DNA of 62,079 nt, filler included, from Choristocarpus tenellus KU-1152 (taxonomy: Eukaryota; Protista; Phaeophyceae): assembly GCA_964200185.2 (NCBI GenBank). It is 11 parts of 11 records of this genome, joined end to end, with 100 filler letters (N's around TTAATTAATTAA, not from the genome) between each part and the next. Parts side by side here need not be neighbours in the genome. Positions count along the whole stretch, not along the records: positions 57,455 to 62,079 come from CAXNAD020013746.1; 10 more parts are not named here. One strand, written 5' to 3'. Positions 60,684 to 62,079 of the stretch are shown here, piece after piece. Position numbers and translations under genes: made by a program. The notes beneath the pieces are model-generated. The model had not been told where the DNA came from and searched no databases. It was given only the letters and a program-made list of their open reading frames with translations. Position 1 is the first letter of the stretch; each line of letters starts with the position of its first letter.

Positions 60684-62079
60684 GTAAGAGAGTCTCCGCC
60701 TATTCTGCACCTACCGACCAATTGTGCCAAGCAGTAGCACATTATTTCCTCAGACGCAAAGGCAAATATGAGATGCTGGCACTTAAAGATTGCCTGGTAA
60801 TTATTATTCCCATATACCTTTCAAATTGCTGTCCAGCATAGGTTTGGGCGATAATCAAGCATTTGCGGGACTACCAAGTCTTTCCCACCAAGTCTTTCCC
60901 GCATTCATCTCTCAGGAAGTGGTTTGTCCTGTGGTTGATATACAGTAGTTTAGTTTTTGAGCTGTCATATTATTTCGAATGTATCACAAGATCAGACAAA
61001 GAACCTAAGCGCCTCCAGCCACCTCCCAATGGTGTGTACATCAATGGTTACGTATTTGTATACGTGATTCAACAGTGTAGCGCTGGAGTCATTACTCTTG
61101 TCCTTTAAAGAGCACAGGACAGTTGATATGCGGAGGTCTCAGCACTGTTTTTTTCAACGGTTGTCTTTATAGTATGATTTAGTGTGGTAGGCAGACTGCG
61201 GTTAAGTGTGATTGGTAAAATGGGAATGCTAAGATGCTTTTATGGACGTGGGACAGGGCACTTCCATTACCTAAGATTTGCTTCTCTATATCCCAATGGT
61301 TTCATGGACTAACTAATGCTGGGTCAAGTGTATCTACTGCTATGAGGCCCTGAAGTGAACTGCCTGAACGGGCAGGTTGTTTAGACTTGACGCCCACTGG
61401 AGTTGTGGGGTCGTGGTAGCAATACCCGTTAGGAACTAAATGTTGGGGTTGACTATTCTCTATGAATATACCTCACCTCCTGTGCCCATGAGAATGTAAG
61501 AATCACCTTGTTAGATGTCCTGGGGATGAACTTAGTGCTATACTCTACTTCTTGATAACCCACGGTGGGTTATATACATATTGTGCCATATTTTTAATGT
61601 CATTTTTGATGCCAAATATTCTTGTTCTAGGTAAAGCTTTGATACCTACCTGTGGAAAATAACTGACTTGTTGTGGCCGAAACGCCTGTGTGTTGGGTTT
61701 CACGTTGTGGCTCCTTTTAAGGACTTTTTGTTCAACCTGTTATATTTCCCGCTTCTTGTTGCAGGTATCACCTCTATGACACTTTGATTGTAACCTTAAT
61801 CATCGAGCAATACATCCCTCCCCCTAGGGACCTGTCCCTCAACTTATCCCCGAGAGTTGGTGATGTTGTTGGCAGATGGGTTTCATTTCTTCTTTCTTCT
61901 GTTGAGTAGCAGTGAGTCAATTGCTCTTGCCAATACTTTTGTCTTACTCAAATTACAGCCAATGTTGTGCTGTACATTGTCATACAGAAGACACTATCCG
62001 ATAAACCGATTAATACACAAGGAAGAGCATCCCCCCCCCCCCCCCAAGTTTATATTTAGTCTCCTTTTTTTTTTTTATT

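Overview
Eukaryotic, intron-rich genomic DNA, most likely from a heterokont (ochrophyte) alga such as a brown alga or close relative. That assignment is an inference from GT-AG introns of 0.1-1.3 kb and signal-peptide+'AF' bipartite plastid presequences. The window is not one continuous locus: it is 11 contigs joined by ten identical 100-nt linkers (N44-TTAATTAATTAA-N44), so adjacency across linkers is meaningless. Host genes were reconstructed by hand-splicing: a 5'-truncated PH-SAM-PX protein (114-6708,+), a signal-peptide thioredoxin-like CEHC protein (6949-8569,-) head-to-head with a 12-exon organellar glutamyl-tRNA synthetase (8783-16199,+), the first three exons of ORC4 (22485-23976,+), one HELQ/POLQ-like helicase exon, and the 5' part of a plastid-targeted inositol monophosphatase-family gene (59864-60683,+). 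The rest is mostly transposon-derived: two decayed copies of one Ty3/Gypsy family (the longer with a chromodomain), Copia fragments, a plant-type mariner transposase remnant, two MITE families sharing a terminal motif with 3-bp TSDs (PIF/Harbinger-like), and an LTR family with a tRNA-Gln-type primer-binding site and a 4-bp TSD. I found no CRISPR, rRNA or intact tRNA, and no convincing wholly new system. The most novel-looking items are the MITE pair, the Gln-primed LTR family and the PH-SAM-PX architecture.
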